Shown one piece after another: positions 58,621 to 62,000 of a DNA stretch of 62,000 nucleotides; position 1 is the first letter of the stretch; each line of letters starts with the position of its first letter. Position numbers and translations under genes: made by a program. The stretch spans positions 2,790,001 to 2,852,000 of the forward strand of contig MU053758.1 of the NCBI GenBank assembly GCA_013239625.1, in the 5' to 3' direction. Source of the stretch: Lama guanicoe. Lineage: Eukaryota. Below the pieces are notes generated by a model. It searched no databases and was not told the origin of the DNA. It was given only the letters and a program-made list of their open reading frames with translations.

Positions 58621-61375
58621 CTTATTTGGGGATAAAAACTTGCTTAATATTTTGTTCTCATTTCAACCTACAGTGTGTCTTTTTGGTTTGTTTTAAAGAA
58701 GGTTTTGAGATCAGTTGTGGAGGCTCTGCTCTCTGGGCTGACTTTTGGTATAACCTGCTCCTTTCACATAATGCTTTTCCATTTTTCGTCTCCTGTCGTG
58801 TGTTTCCATTGCACTGCTGGAGTCAGCCCTAAGTGGAAAATGGCAAATTACACAATTTTTTTCCCTCCTTTCCAGTCTCTGGTGGACATCTTGTCTGTGT
58901 CACAGTTTGATACCACCAAATTGAAAGGATTCTTGACTGCCTCAAATGGGGAGGGTGACAAGCTGAGCTGGGTTTCCTGGGACAAAGAATGGACTCTGTC
59001 GAAGCAAAGAATAGTTGCAGAAACACAAACCGAACCCTTGAAGCTGTGACTAACATTTTGGCCACATGCTTCCCTCTGCCAAATAACTTCTTTTCTTCTT
59101 GGGTCTGATTGTTGATCTCCTTCTCAAAGTAGGCTCTTGTTGCTACTGTTCTTCACACAACTCCCGAGCAGAAGTTGGCAGAGTTCCGGCTGACTGTCTC
59201 TTGGTCTCTTGAGGGATATGGCCCAGATTAGAGTAGATGGGGGGTTCCATGTCACAGTGAGGTCCACTGGCAGATCCTCAGAGCTGCTCTGCAAGAAAAT
59301 CGAGGGGGTACTCTTTACTGAATGTTCTTGCACTCCTTTATGTTTCTTCTAAATTCAAATCTGTTTCTTATTCATCTGGTGATTAAATGCAGAATCATTG
59401 CCTTTGCCTAGCTTTGAAAATCCAAGGCATTGAAGAAGAAAGAGTATTTCTGACATTTTCTTTCTTTTTTTTTTTTTGGTCTCGCTCTCACTCCCAAGCT
59501 TTTGAGCCTGGGAGCCATAGGCTAAACTCATGAGCACTTCTTGGTATTATCATAGAGGAGTATTTTAAAAATGCTGAACAGAACTTATGGAGAAAAACAA
59601 TGCTAGCAGGGAAGGAAAGTGATAAGTTTGTTGATGTCTGTGTCAGTCGTAGATCTCTTAAGATTTTGGCTTAACATGCCCCTGGAGGCAAATAGGTTAT
59701 CAGATGAGGGGCCAGGAATTGGCTTCTAATTTGCCGTTTGGCTTGGCAAAGTTATAACACTTTAGTACAGCTATAGTAAATACTTAATTCTATTTAGTAA
59801 ATGCCCTTTTTAGTGTGTTCTACTTAGTGAATACCCTTTTGTTTTTCAGGGGATACTTATTGGAAGAGAACTGTGTCTCCATTAGGTCTTGGAATGGATT
59901 ATGAAGATAATTTCTTGCAGTATATGACAGTCACCCTTGTAACATTGGAGATACCCCAAAACAGACCTTATTCTTGGTGGCCCTGGATTCACCTTTCTTC
60001 TGCTATCATTAATCCAGAGTATTCTGTTCCTGATATGCAGGTTCAGATCCAGAGGTTTTTGACTCTGGTCCAGGGCTTTGATTGTGGTAACAAATATGAT
60101 TATTGGAGTTGTGTTTAATGTAGTCTCAGGTCTTTTTTTTCCTGACAGGGGTTTGAGGTTGACAAATCTGTATATCTAAGGAATGTGTGCAGATTTCCTC
60201 CCCATTCTAATAGGTGGTTTTCAAAAAATGTTTGGTTTCTGAAACTTCACAGATTCAGATTAAGCTGTATTTGGATTGAGGCCCCTCAGTGAAAGTAATT
60301 TGTTTTTAGTCAGTATTTATGATAATTCTTCAGTACAGATTCATCAGCCTGCTTCCTGTGCTTATAGAAATGCTGAATTAAATAATCTCTTTTTTTCCTC
60401 CCAATAATCCCTCTGACTGTGAAACATTGTCCATATGTCCAGATTGGGACAGTTGATTGGGCGGGTGGAAGGAATTTTCTAAAATAATACAAATCTACAG
60501 TGGGACAAGCTGTCCGAGGTTTGTGGATAAGTGACTTCCTTCTTTCCACTTCTCCCTTTCCAGTGCTCATATGTAGGCAGTGTGTTTGTTGTCAGAGATC
60601 CAGGTATGAGAGATTTAAACCCCTCTATCACTGTCTTATAAGGACGGGACTATCTTTAACACAGTTTATGTATTTTTAAAATAGGTAATACATTCACATG
60701 GCTCAAAAAAATTAAGATGGAAAAGAGTACACAATGAATAGCCTGCTTTCTACCCTGTCTCCTCATCAGTCCAGCTCATCTGCCCAGAGTCAAATACTAT
60801 TACCAGGTTCTTGAGATCCTTGCCAGAGATATGTGTACTTATAAAGCAAATATACATATTTCTTGCATTTTTTTAAAACAAGTATAGCATACTGTTAATA
60901 CTATCTGCAGTTTTTAAAAAACTTATTTTGGTAGTCATTCCATATAAGCAGTAGAGAGAGTTGGCACCTGTCCTATACTGGTAGATATTTCTAATGTTTC
61001 CAGTCCTTTGCTCTTACACACTATGCTCCAGGGAATAACTATATATATGTAGTTATTTTCTTTGCCCTTTGCATGTGTGACTAAATCTGTAGGGTAAATT
61101 ATAAGTAGAATTGCTGAAGCTGATTTTTTTGGCTCTATTATTCATTTATTTGGCAAGTATTTTTAAGCTTCTGCTGTGTGCTGAGCTCTGTGGTGGGTGC
61201 TGGAGATACAGTAGTGAACAAGGCTGACTCAGTTCTTGCTCTCAAGTGGTTATGGTCTAGTGGGGAAATTGACCAGTAAACAATTAATTACTCCTGCTCT
61301 GAGTGCTGTGGAGACAGCTAATGGGACACTGGTTGATTGGGAAGGCAGGCTGTCAGGGAAGGTCCCTTGAGTTTT

Positions 61376-61871
<496 letters not shown>

Positions 61872-62000
61872 AAGGTCCCTTGACTTTTAAGACTGAAACC
61901 TAAAGGATGAGGGGAGAACAAAAGACTGTTCTACGTGGAGGAAGTGGCATAGGTGAAGGTCCTGAGGAGGGAAAAACTATTTTGAAGAACTGAAGGAAGT

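Noticed and set aside
58856..59340. Strong acceptor at 58875 and short ORFs in WIPF2 intron 1
   Set aside because: No convincing paired donor or recognisable product, so an exon cannot be supported from sequence alone.

Overview
Mammalian genomic DNA, most likely a camelid (many tRNA-derived SINEs resembling Vic-1; no Alu, B1, Bov-tA or PRE1 recognised). The window is the conserved MSL1-CASC3-RAPGEFL1-WIPF2 block, all on the + strand. It holds the last six coding exons and 3' UTR of MSL1, the complete CASC3 gene (13 coding exons, 703 aa, plus a 3'-UTR intron), the complete RAPGEFL1 gene (15 exons, 662 aa), and the promoter, non-coding first exon and start of intron 1 of WIPF2. I reconstructed the exons by hand from splice sites and reading frame. 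Most ORFs in the supplied track are spurious. Notable observations: a U12-type intron with rare AT-AG ends in RAPGEFL1; a COX6C retrocopy and a SINE inserted at the same target site (three TSD copies), with an in-frame ATG arising in the middle TSD; an L1 3' transduction; a twin-primed inverted L1; several possible NMD-coupled control points in CASC3; two mirtron-like introns; and a speculative chain of antisense splice sites in CASC3 intron 3. I found no securely new biological system. Repeat family names and comparisons to human or mouse sequence are from memory and need database confirmation.
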